From Tagaea sp. (GTDB lineage Bacteria > Pseudomonadota > Alphaproteobacteria > CACIAM-22H2): DNA of 64,000 bases. The translations under genes and the position numbers were made by a program. Below are positions 38,387 to 47,292 of the stretch, one piece after another (position 1 is the stretch's first letter; each line of letters starts with the position of its first letter). The stretch covers positions 128,001-192,000 of the forward strand of contig CBDIIB010000003.1 in assembly GCA_965279525.1 (NCBI GenBank), given 5' to 3'. Below the pieces are notes generated by a model. It saw only the letters and a list, made by a program, of their open reading frames with translations. It was not told the origin of the DNA and searched no databases.

Positions 38387-39625
38387 ATGCAGCGTCAATC
38401 TCAGGAAGTGGCCACGAAAGAAGCTGTCCCGGCACGCCTCCCGCTGCACGGGGTCACCGTCCTTGATCTCGGCCAGATCTACAACGGTCCCTACGCGTCG
38501 TTCCTGATGGCCATGAGCGGCGCTCGCGTAATCAAGATCGAGCCGCCCGGTGGTGAGAAGATGCGGCGCCGCAGTACCGTCGGCAGCGGTGCCATGCTTC
38601 CTTTCGCCATGCTGAACTCCAACAAGGAGTTTGTGACGCTCAATCTGAAGTCGGATATGGGCCGGAGCCTTTTCCTTCAGATGGTGCGTAAGGCGGACGT
38701 CGTCGTTGAAAATTTCGCGCCGGGTGTCATGGACAAACTCGGCGTCGGCCCGTCGAAACTTTTGCAGGAAAACCCACGCCTCATCTATGCGGCCGGCTCC
38801 GGCTACGGCTGGTCGGGGCCATACAGGAACTTCCTGGCGATGGATCTAACAGTCCAGGCCATGTCCGGCGTGATGGCCTCCACGGGCTTCCCCGACCGCC
38901 CGCCTGTCAAAGCTGGTCCTGCGCTATGCGATTTCTTGGGTGGAGTACACCTCTATGGTGCCGCTATCACGGCGCTGTTCGACGCGCAGCGCACCGGCAT
39001 TGGTCGCTTTGTCGAGGTGTCGATGTTGGAGGCGGTTTACCCGTCGCTCAGTTCGACGCTCGGTTCGTATCACGGCCTCGGCAATCAGAATCCACCGCGT
39101 ACGGGCAATCGGCACAGTGGCTTGGCCGAGTCACCCTACAATGTCTATCCCGCGAGTGACGGCTGGATTGCGATGTTCTGTGTTAGCGAAGCGCATTTTG
39201 AAGCACTCACCGCTGCGATGGACCGACTTGACCTTCGGCAGGAGCGCAAATTCGCCAGTCTTAAATCGAGAGTCGCGCACATGGATGAGCTCGACGCGAT
39301 GATTTCGGAGTGGAGTGGAAAGCGCACTAAGGCCGAGTTACTCGAGATCATGAACCGGTTTCGCGTTCCCTGTGCGCCCGTCCGCGAGATGGACGAGGTG
39401 GTGAACGACCCGCACATGCATGCCCGCGGCAGCTTGAAACGAGTTACCCATCCCGACCTGGGTGAAATCGTTCTGCCGACAGGCCCACTGCGATACGGCG
39501 AGACTCCCGCGCCTGAGATCACGCCGAGCAGGGATATAGGTGCTGACAACGCTACCGTGTTTCAGGAATGGCTAGGGCTCGGTGAGCAGGAATTCAAAGC
39601 TCTCATCGCCAACGAGGCCATCTGA
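38387..39625 (+). CDS. CaiB/BaiF (family III) CoA transferase
   Basis: GARVIKIEPP, ADVVVENFAPG, catalytic Asp in LCDFLGG. Confidence 0.93.
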   Translation: MQRQSQEVATKEAVPARLPLHGVTVLDLGQIYNGPYASFLMAMSGARVIKIEPPGGEKMRRRSTVGSGAMLPFAMLNSNKEFVTLNLKSDMGRSLFLQMVRKADVVVENFAPGVMDKLGVGPSKLLQENPRLIYAAGSGYGWSGPYRNFLAMDLTVQAMSGVMASTGFPDRPPVKAGPALCDFLGGVHLYGAAITALFDAQRTGIGRFVEVSMLEAVYPSLSSTLGSYHGLGNQNPPRTGNRHSGLAESPYNVYPASDGWIAMFCVSEAHFEALTAAMDRLDLRQERKFASLKSRVAHMDELDAMISEWSGKRTKAELLEIMNRFRVPCAPVREMDEVVNDPHMHARGSLKRVTHPDLGEIVLPTGPLRYGETPAPEITPSRDIGADNATVFQEWLGLGEQEFKALIANEAI

Positions 39626-39670
39626 TGATGTCACAAGCAGAGGCGCTTAAGCGGTGCCTTGGGGCAATCG

Positions 39671-40837
39671 ATGAATTTTGACTACACGGATGACCAGAAC
39701 GCTATCCGCGAGGGCGTTCGCGCCGTCGTGTCGCGCTTCGACGACCGTTACTGGCTTGCTCGTGATGACGACGGTAAGTTTCCGTTCGAGTTCCATCGCG
39801 CCATGGCGGAGGGGGGCTGGCTGGGAATTACCATGCCGGCGGAGTATGGCGGGTCAGGTCTCGGCGTGACCGAAGCCGCGATCATGATGAACGAAGTCGC
39901 CCAGCATGGTGGCGCCATGGCGGCTGTCTCAACGATCCACATCAATCTGTTTGGCCCGCATTCAATCATCGTTTACGGCACGCCGGAGCAAAAGCGGCGC
40001 TGGATTCCGCGGCTCGTCTCCGGTGAGGACCAGGTCTGCTTCGGCGTCACCGAACCGGACGCCGGCCTCGATACGACCCGCATTCGGACATTCGCCAAGA
40101 AGGTTCCCGGGGGCTATTCGGTGCGCGGGCAGAAAATCTGGACGTCGACCGCCCAGGTCGCGAAGAAAATCCTGCTGGTCACGCGGACAACGCCCTACGA
40201 AGAGTGCAAGAAGCCGACAGACGGCATCACCGTCTTCTATACCGATCTCGACCGAAAAAAAGTCGAAGTGACGCGCATCCCGAAAATGGGGCGCAAGGCC
40301 GTCGATTCAAACTCCGTGTTCATCGACGACTTGTTCATTCCGGACGAAGACCGCCTAGGCGAGGAGGGAAAAGGCTTCGCCTGCCTCCTGAACAGTCTCA
40401 ATCCGGAACGAATTCTTGTGGCGTCAGAAGCGATCGGCATCGGTCAGGATGCGTTGCGGCGGGCCGCTCGCTATGCGCAAGAGCGCAAGGTATTCGGCCG
40501 GACAATCGGTCAGAACCAGGCTATCCAGCATCCGCTTGCCCAAAACTGGATGGAGTTGGAGGCGGCATTGACCATGGTGATGAAGGCCGCCTGGCTCTAC
40601 GACAGTGCTCGGCCGTGCGGCCCTGAAGCCAACACCGCTAAATTTCTGGGCGCACGAGCTGCCTACAGTGCTTGTGAAAATGCCGTCTTCACGCACGGCG
40701 GCCTCGGATATGCCAAAGAGTATCACGTGGAGCGCCTCTTCCGCGAAGTGCTCCTGACCCGAATTGCCCCTGTGACGGAGCACCTTATCCTCTCGTTTAT
40801 TGGCGAGAAGGTTTTGGGCTTGGCAAAGAGCTACTGA
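39671..40837 (+). CDS. Acyl-CoA dehydrogenase
   Basis: VTEPDAGLD, GQKIWTS, LNPERI, HGGLGYAKEY. Confidence 0.94.
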   Translation: MNFDYTDDQNAIREGVRAVVSRFDDRYWLARDDDGKFPFEFHRAMAEGGWLGITMPAEYGGSGLGVTEAAIMMNEVAQHGGAMAAVSTIHINLFGPHSIIVYGTPEQKRRWIPRLVSGEDQVCFGVTEPDAGLDTTRIRTFAKKVPGGYSVRGQKIWTSTAQVAKKILLVTRTTPYEECKKPTDGITVFYTDLDRKKVEVTRIPKMGRKAVDSNSVFIDDLFIPDEDRLGEEGKGFACLLNSLNPERILVASEAIGIGQDALRRAARYAQERKVFGRTIGQNQAIQHPLAQNWMELEAALTMVMKAAWLYDSARPCGPEANTAKFLGARAAYSACENAVFTHGGLGYAKEYHVERLFREVLLTRIAPVTEHLILSFIGEKVLGLAKSY

Positions 40838-42096
40838 TGAACGTTAGCTTCAGTCGCCCACGTGTGGACGCAATCCTCTCCAGCGCTAAGAGCATCTATG
40901 TCTCTGGTTTCACGGCGGAGATAACGGAGGCGCCGGAGCTTTTTCGTCAACACCAACCTGCTGATGCGACCGTCACAGGTCTTTTTAGCCCCCTGATGAA
41001 CCGCCGCTCATATGCCGATCCCGACATCGGCTTGCGTGTGCGAAGTTTTCTTCTTACGCCGGCTCTGAAGAGAGATCTTTCCACAGGTATGGTTGATTAC
41101 TGTCCTTGGCGGTATGGAGCTATCAATCGCTGGCTCGCCGCTCCGGGGCGGTTTGATACCGCGCTGGTCATGATGTCGCCGCCCGACAACGCGGGAAAAT
41201 GCAGTCTCGGCGTTCAGGTCGACTTCTTGCCAAGTTTCCATGCCAAGGTTGACCGGTTGGTTGGTTTCATCAATCCCAACATGCCTCGTACGGCAGGTGA
41301 AGGGCTCATCGATTACAGTGCGTTGTCCGGAGTCGTCGACTACGACGCGCCATTGGTCACCGTGGTGCCGAAGTCGCCAGACCCAGCCGCGATAAAGATA
41401 GCAGCCAACATTGTGGAATTGGTGCCCGATCATGCCACGGTGCAGTTTGGGGTCGGTCAGATTCCGAGCCAAGTCGTCGTCCAGCTCAAGAACCATCGTG
41501 GTCTTCGTATCCACTCGGGTGTCGTCGATGACAGCATACTAGCACTCGACGCGAGTGGTGCGCTTGATCAGGACTCCCCGATAATCACCGGCACGGCAAT
41601 AGGCTCCAAACAGCTCTATGAAGCGCTGGCTGGCAACGGACGATTTTCTTTCAGATCCGTCTCTTATACGCACTCCCACTCGAGGATTGCGGGGCTGAAG
41701 CGCTTCACCGCGGTCAATTCGGTATTGCAGGCTGACTTGCTTGGGCAGGTGAGCGCTGAATACAGCGGTGGAAAGCTCGTCGCCAGTCCCGGTGGTTTGC
41801 CCGACTTTGCACGTGGTGCGCTGGATAGCGAGGGGGGCCAGTCGATAATTGCATTGCGTGCACAGGGCGGTGGTCACGCTAAAGGAATCGTCCCGCTTCT
41901 GGATGTGCCCCACGCGGCAACCGGAGGGGCCGTTGACGCTGACATCATCGTTACCGAGTTCGGTGCTGCCCGTATCGGCGGTCTATCGCTTGATCGACGC
42001 GCCGAGGCCATGATCGCCATTGCGGATCCCGAAGATCAGAGCTATCTCGCGGAGCAGTGGTCAAAGATACGCAGCAACCTCTTCGCCAGATCCTAG
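40837..42096 (+). CDS. Acetyl-CoA hydrolase/4-hydroxybutyrate CoA-transferase family protein
   Basis: INPNMPRT, VQFGVGQIP, VTEFG, RAEAMIAIADP; the usual HSE motif reads HSG. Confidence 0.85.
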   Translation: MNVSFSRPRVDAILSSAKSIYVSGFTAEITEAPELFRQHQPADATVTGLFSPLMNRRSYADPDIGLRVRSFLLTPALKRDLSTGMVDYCPWRYGAINRWLAAPGRFDTALVMMSPPDNAGKCSLGVQVDFLPSFHAKVDRLVGFINPNMPRTAGEGLIDYSALSGVVDYDAPLVTVVPKSPDPAAIKIAANIVELVPDHATVQFGVGQIPSQVVVQLKNHRGLRIHSGVVDDSILALDASGALDQDSPIITGTAIGSKQLYEALAGNGRFSFRSVSYTHSHSRIAGLKRFTAVNSVLQADLLGQVSAEYSGGKLVASPGGLPDFARGALDSEGGQSIIALRAQGGGHAKGIVPLLDVPHAATGGAVDADIIVTEFGAARIGGLSLDRRAEAMIAIADPEDQSYLAEQWSKIRSNLFARS

Positions 42097-42144
42097 GACG
42101 CCACGCGCTATTCTCGGTTATGAACGCGTAGATGGGGATGTGTC

Positions 42145-42897
42145 ATGAGACTAAAAGGCAAGATTGCCATCGTTACTGGGGCTGGTGCCGGCATCGGTCA
42201 GGCTTGCGCCCAGTTGTTTGCAAGTGAAGGGGCGTGCGTCACCATTGCGGAGTTTGACGATGTGACAGGCGCTGCGGCATGCGAGCAAATCAAGAGCGAT
42301 GGTGGCCAAGCTATCTTCGTGCACACGGATGTCTCGCGTCCCGAAAGCGTGGAGGAGGCCATACGGGCGACAGTCTCCGAGTTCGGCGGTATCGACGTGC
42401 TGTACAACAACGTCGGTGGATCGACGCTCCAAGATGGGTCTGTCGTGACCGCTCCGTTCGAGGAGTTCCAGAAGAAGATTAACGTGGATCTGTTCGGGAC
42501 TTGGTTGGGCTGTCGTTATGCCGTGCCGGAGATGATCAAGCGTGGCGGTGGATCTATTATCAACGCTTCCTCCATTTGCGCCCTGAGCGGGATGCAAAAT
42601 AGGGCCGCATATACGGCGGCGAAAGGAGCGGTGACGGCTCTTACCCGGTCTATGGCCGTGGATTTTGCACCCCATAAGATTCGTGTAAACACGATTGTTC
42701 CGGGCTCGACGCAAACAGAACGCGTCTTGGCGCGAAGGCGGAACGGAAACGCCAAACCTCAAATGGTTGCAAGGCATATTCTCGGTTTGATCGATCCGAT
42801 CGATATCGCGTACGCAGTCCTCTATTTTGCGTCGGATGAGTCTCGCAGGACTACCGGACAGCTCCTCGCGGTCGATAGCGGATACATGATCTCATGA
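42145..42897 (+). CDS. SDR family oxidoreductase
   Basis: TGAGAGIG, NNVG, YTAAK. Confidence 0.93.
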   Translation: MRLKGKIAIVTGAGAGIGQACAQLFASEGACVTIAEFDDVTGAAACEQIKSDGGQAIFVHTDVSRPESVEEAIRATVSEFGGIDVLYNNVGGSTLQDGSVVTAPFEEFQKKINVDLFGTWLGCRYAVPEMIKRGGGSIINASSICALSGMQNRAAYTAAKGAVTALTRSMAVDFAPHKIRVNTIVPGSTQTERVLARRRNGNAKPQMVARHILGLIDPIDIAYAVLYFASDESRRTTGQLLAVDSGYMIS

Positions 42898-42986
42898 TCC
42901 CCAAGGATTCGTCGGAGCGACCTATGACAGCACTTCGAACATAAATCTTAGTGGGCCGTAAGACCAGCGAGCCCGAAGGTAAGATT

Positions 42987-44183
42987 ATGCAAACAAAGCC
43001 CGGCCCACTTTCAGGAATTCGTGTGCTCGATGCGGCTACTTTCTTGGCTGCGCCCTATGCTGCGTCGCAGCTATCTGAGTACGGAGCCGAAGTTATCAAG
43101 ATCGAACAACCTTCGGGCGACCATATGCGGGAGATTGGCCCCTTCCGCGGCGAAGTTTCCCTGTGGTGGAAGGTCATCGCACGCAATCGCCAGAGCGTCA
43201 CACTGGATCTGAATGCTGAAGATGGTCGGGCAGTGTTCAAGAAACTTGCAGCCAAGTGCGACGTCGTCATCATGAACTATCGGCCTGATGCGTTGAAGAA
43301 GTGGGGGCTCGAGTTTCAGGATCTTGTTCGATGCCGCAGCGACATCGTGTATTTCCACCTGACCGCATTCGGCGCCGGACCATATGCCCAGAGGCCGGGT
43401 TTCGCACGTGTCGCCGAAGCGTATGCAGGACTTACGAACAGAACGGGCTTCCCCGGGCAGCCGCCGGTGCAGTCTGGCTATGCGATGCTCGGTGATGGGA
43501 TTGCCGGGATCTATGGTGCATTCGCCATCATGCTGGCGCTTCGGCAGCGGGACTTGACGGGCGAACCGCAAATGATCGACCTCGGACTTTACGAACCCTT
43601 GTTGAGTCTCATCGAAGACCAGATCATCGCCTACGATGAGACAGGGTCGCGGTTGGAACGGTTGGGCAATGCCAGCCCACGATGGTCACCGCATGGGCTG
43701 TTCCCGACGAAGGACAGGATGTTTGCAATCATCGCCTGTTCGACGGAAAAGCTGTGGCGGCAACTGCGCTCTGCAATGGGCGATGAGTCACTTGCGGTCT
43801 ATGACAATGACAATCGCGCGCGCGTCGCTAACCGCGCGAAGCTCGAGGCCCAAGTGAGCCGCTGGACGGAAAGTTACGAGTTGCGCGAGCTTCTTGAGAT
43901 TTGTGGAAAGGCCGGCTTGGCTGTTGGCCCCATCTATTCACCCGCCGAGATCGTGACTGACCCGCATATTATCGCCCGGAAATCAGTCATCTCTCTGGAT
44001 GATGCGGAAACCGGAAAGCCGGTCCGCATGGCGTCGCCGGCCGGCAGGTTCTCGGGCTTCAAGGGCGAGGTGCGCAATCTCGGCCCACTCCTGGGCGAAC
44101 ATACCGACACAGTCCTCACGGAGTTGCTGAACTATTCACCGGAACAGATAGAGGCGTTGCGGAAGCACGGCGTCATCAAGTAG
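42987..44183 (+). CDS. CaiB/BaiF (family III) CoA transferase
   Basis: PLSGIRVLD, GAEVIKIEQP, GDGIAG, PLLGEHT. Confidence 0.93.
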   Translation: MQTKPGPLSGIRVLDAATFLAAPYAASQLSEYGAEVIKIEQPSGDHMREIGPFRGEVSLWWKVIARNRQSVTLDLNAEDGRAVFKKLAAKCDVVIMNYRPDALKKWGLEFQDLVRCRSDIVYFHLTAFGAGPYAQRPGFARVAEAYAGLTNRTGFPGQPPVQSGYAMLGDGIAGIYGAFAIMLALRQRDLTGEPQMIDLGLYEPLLSLIEDQIIAYDETGSRLERLGNASPRWSPHGLFPTKDRMFAIIACSTEKLWRQLRSAMGDESLAVYDNDNRARVANRAKLEAQVSRWTESYELRELLEICGKAGLAVGPIYSPAEIVTDPHIIARKSVISLDDAETGKPVRMASPAGRFSGFKGEVRNLGPLLGEHTDTVLTELLNYSPEQIEALRKHGVIK

Positions 44184-44206
44184 CAGATGATTGTCGCGAG
44201 GAATTC

Positions 44207-45400
44207 ATGTCCGAGTTGAAGGGGCACTGTCATCCGCAGTTCCAGCGTGTCTATGACGCGTTGGCATCCAATATCCATGCGGGCAAAGAGGTCGGGGCCA
44301 GCCTCTACGTCAATATCGACGGCGAGGACGTCATCGATATCTGGGGTGGTTGGCGCGACAGGGAGCGGACTGTCCTCTGGAGTGAAGACACCATCGTGAG
44401 TGTCTTCTCGGCCAGCAAGACGGTGACCAGCCTTGCCGTCCTCATGCTCGTCGATAGGGGCCAGATTGATCTCTTTGCGCCTGTTGCCAGGTACTGGCCG
44501 GAATTTTCTCAGAACGGCAAAGATAAAGTCGAAGTGCGCCACCTGCTCAGCCATACGGCCGGCCTGCCGGCGTGGGAGCCGCCGTTCAGCCTGGTACATG
44601 CCATGGACATTGAGGGTTCAACGGCGAGCCTTGCGGCTCAGGCGCCTTGGTGGGAGCCGGGAACGCGTGGTTCGTATCACGCCAGCACATTCGGCCATCT
44701 CAATGCAGAACTGGTTCGCCGGGTGACCGGAACAACTCTCAGCCAGTTCATTGCCACGGAGATTTCCCGTCCGCTTGACGCCGATTTCTATCTTGGCGTT
44801 CCCGAAGCCGAGTTCGGCAGAGTGGCGATCATCTATCCGGCCGAAGACGAAGACAGTTCTGCCAAGCCCAAGACCGCACCGTCTCCAAATGACGAACTGG
44901 CAGTTGAACGGGCAATTTCGGCTAGAACCCGTCTGGGCTCATTCTCCGGCACCAAGCGTGACCCACAAGTACTGTTCAATTCCCCTGAGTGGCGTCGCAC
45001 CGAGTTCGGCGGCAGCAGCGGCCACGCGAACGCCCGGGGCCTAGGGCGAATCATCTCGGCGCTGACGCACGGTGGCGTCTCGCGGGGGGTGAAGCTTCTT
45101 TCGGCGAGCACGATCGAATTGATCTTCCGAGAGCAGGCCAGCGGTATCGACGCCTACTATATGAAGCCTATCCGCTGGGGCATTGGTTATGCGCTGGCCT
45201 CAGAGGAAAGCAATGTTCGTGGACCTCTCCCGTTCCTTCAGCCCAGCAAGAAGACCTGCTTCTGGTATGGCACCGGCGGCTCGCTTGCCATAGCCGATGT
45301 CGAGCGGCGTATCGCCTTTTCGTACGCCATGAACCAATGCCAGTCAGGCAGAAGTTCACTAAACGGGGTCTATTACAAAACCCTGTACGCGTGCCTTTGA
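44207..45400 (+). CDS. Serine hydrolase (EstA/EstB-type, beta-lactamase fold esterase)
   Basis: SxxK in FSASK, LLSHTAGL, WWEPGT..YH; no signal peptide. Confidence 0.9.
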   Translation: MSELKGHCHPQFQRVYDALASNIHAGKEVGASLYVNIDGEDVIDIWGGWRDRERTVLWSEDTIVSVFSASKTVTSLAVLMLVDRGQIDLFAPVARYWPEFSQNGKDKVEVRHLLSHTAGLPAWEPPFSLVHAMDIEGSTASLAAQAPWWEPGTRGSYHASTFGHLNAELVRRVTGTTLSQFIATEISRPLDADFYLGVPEAEFGRVAIIYPAEDEDSSAKPKTAPSPNDELAVERAISARTRLGSFSGTKRDPQVLFNSPEWRRTEFGGSSGHANARGLGRIISALTHGGVSRGVKLLSASTIELIFREQASGIDAYYMKPIRWGIGYALASEESNVRGPLPFLQPSKKTCFWYGTGGSLAIADVERRIAFSYAMNQCQSGRSSLNGVYYKTLYACL

Positions 45401-45430
45401 GTTCTGTCGAAAGTCGAACGGACTGACCTG

Positions 45431-45892
45431 ATGTACATTGACCGCGACAAGGCCTTGAAGCACCCAATCGCTCCCATGCCGTTCGACGTCGAGCGTGGCC
45501 GGTTGCGCTTCTTTGCCCGGACGATCGGCCTGACAGATCCAATCTATTTTGATCTCGATGCCGCCAGGCGAGCAGGGCACCGCGATCTGCCAGTACCGCC
45601 TACCTTCCTTGGAAATTCGCTCGAATTGGAACTTCCAAACCCGCTCGGATGGCTCGCCGAGCTTGGTGCCGATCTGACAAAGACGACCCACGCCGAGCAG
45701 ACATTCACCTACCACGCGATGGCGTATGCGACCGACCGCCTGGTCCTTCGTCGGAGGATTGTCGACGTCTATACAAAGAAGGGCGGTACCCTGGAGTTCG
45801 TAGTCAAGAAAACCGATGTCATGCGAAGCGATCAAACCTTGGCCGAAATATTGTTTGTGATCGCGCTTCGGCACCCGGAGGTCACGGCATGA
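45431..45892 (+). CDS. MaoC N-terminal-type dehydratase subunit
   Basis: VERGRLRFFA, PIYFD, VPPTF, HAEQTF. Confidence 0.87.
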   Translation: MYIDRDKALKHPIAPMPFDVERGRLRFFARTIGLTDPIYFDLDAARRAGHRDLPVPPTFLGNSLELELPNPLGWLAELGADLTKTTHAEQTFTYHAMAYATDRLVLRRRIVDVYTKKGGTLEFVVKKTDVMRSDQTLAEILFVIALRHPEVTA

Positions 45893-46287
45893 CCGCTCCA
45901 GGTGTCTTCGTGGGTTTGGAACTGCCGCCGCTGCAGATCGAGCCGATATCCAGAAAAACGCTCGCCCTCTTTGCCGGCGCGTCTGGCGATCATCAACCGA
46001 CGCATATCGATATTGACGCTGCTAAGGCCAAGGGTCGTGACGACGTGATCGCCCACGGCATGCTTATGATGGCGTATCTCGGACGGATGCTGACGGACTG
46101 GGTGCCGCAGGAGAAGATCCGGTCCTACACGGCCCGATTTGTCGCGATCACCCCTGTATCCGCTCAACCGACCTGCACCGGGCGAATCATTGCAATCAAG
46201 GACGGGCTTGCGACTATCGAGCTCGCGATCAATCTGGCCAATGGAACGACCGTGGTGCGAGGCGAAGCAGTCATCGATATCTGCTGA
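45889..46287 (+). CDS. MaoC dehydratase catalytic subunit
   Basis: FAGASGDHQPTHID hydratase motif, IAHGML; ATGA overlap. Confidence 0.9.
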   Translation: MTAPGVFVGLELPPLQIEPISRKTLALFAGASGDHQPTHIDIDAAKAKGRDDVIAHGMLMMAYLGRMLTDWVPQEKIRSYTARFVAITPVSAQPTCTGRIIAIKDGLATIELAINLANGTTVVRGEAVIDIC

Positions 46288-46333
46288 GCGTCGCTCACAG
46301 TCACCGAGTCAAATTCTCATCACGGAGCTGCCT

Positions 46334-47272
46334 ATGGCCGAAGCATTGAAAAAAGTAATTATCACCTGTGCGGTCACGGGCGGCATCCATACGCCAACCA
46401 TGTCAGACGCGCTTCCGGTGACCCCTGATGAAATCGCTGCTCAGTCGATCGCTGCGGCGGAAGCAGGGGCGTCCATTCTCCATTTACACGCGCGAGATCC
46501 CAAGGACGGAAGGCCAACCCCAGACCCCGCCGTTTTTATGCAATTTCTGCCGCGGATCAAGCAAGCAACTGACGCAGTGATCAACGTTACCACGGGGGGC
46601 GGGTTGAATATGACCGTTGAGCAGCGGCTGGCGGCACCGTTGCTTGCGAAACCCGAGATGTGCTCGCTCAATATGGGCTCGATGAATTTCGGAATCTATC
46701 CGCTCGCCGATCGCTATTCCTCGTGGAAGCATGATTGGGAGGAGCCGTATCTCCGAAATACGGATGACTTCATCTTTCGCAATACGTTCCGGGACATCGA
46801 GCGCATCTTAAAGTTACTCGGTGAGGAGCACGGAACGCGCTTCGAGCATGAATGCTACGACGTCGGACATCTCTACAATCTGGCTCATTTTGTTGACCGC
46901 GGCGCAGTCAAACCGCCTTTCTTTGTCCAGATGATTTTCGGCATCCTGGGCGGCATCGGGCCGCATATGGACAACTTGATGTTCATGAAGCAAAAGGCCG
47001 ATCAGCTTTTTGGCAGCGACTACCAGTGGTCCGTATTGGCCGCTGGCCGGTTTCAGATGCCATTCGCCACCCAGGCGGCAATGTTAGGCGGTTCTGTGCG
47101 CGTGGGACTGGAGGATTCGCTCTACATCGGTCGCGGAAAGCTCGCCGCATCCAATGCAGAGCAAGTCACGAAGATCCGCACCATACTGACCGAACTGGGT
47201 CATGAGATTGCGACCCCAGCGGAAGCGCGGCGAATGCTCGGACTTAAGGGCGGCGACAGGGTCGGTTTCTAG
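46334..47272 (+). CDS. 3-keto-5-aminohexanoate cleavage enzyme family (BKACE/DUF849)
   Basis: IITCAVTG, HLHARD, SLNMGSMN, VRVGLED. Confidence 0.93.
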   Translation: MAEALKKVIITCAVTGGIHTPTMSDALPVTPDEIAAQSIAAAEAGASILHLHARDPKDGRPTPDPAVFMQFLPRIKQATDAVINVTTGGGLNMTVEQRLAAPLLAKPEMCSLNMGSMNFGIYPLADRYSSWKHDWEEPYLRNTDDFIFRNTFRDIERILKLLGEEHGTRFEHECYDVGHLYNLAHFVDRGAVKPPFFVQMIFGILGGIGPHMDNLMFMKQKADQLFGSDYQWSVLAAGRFQMPFATQAAMLGGSVRVGLEDSLYIGRGKLAASNAEQVTKIRTILTELGHEIATPAEARRMLGLKGGDRVGF

Positions 47273-47292
47273 GTACGGGAGAGGGATCGATC

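Noticed and set aside
44207-45400. Beta-lactamase resistance gene
   Set aside because: No signal peptide, EstA/EstB-type motifs and a catabolic operon context indicate an esterase.
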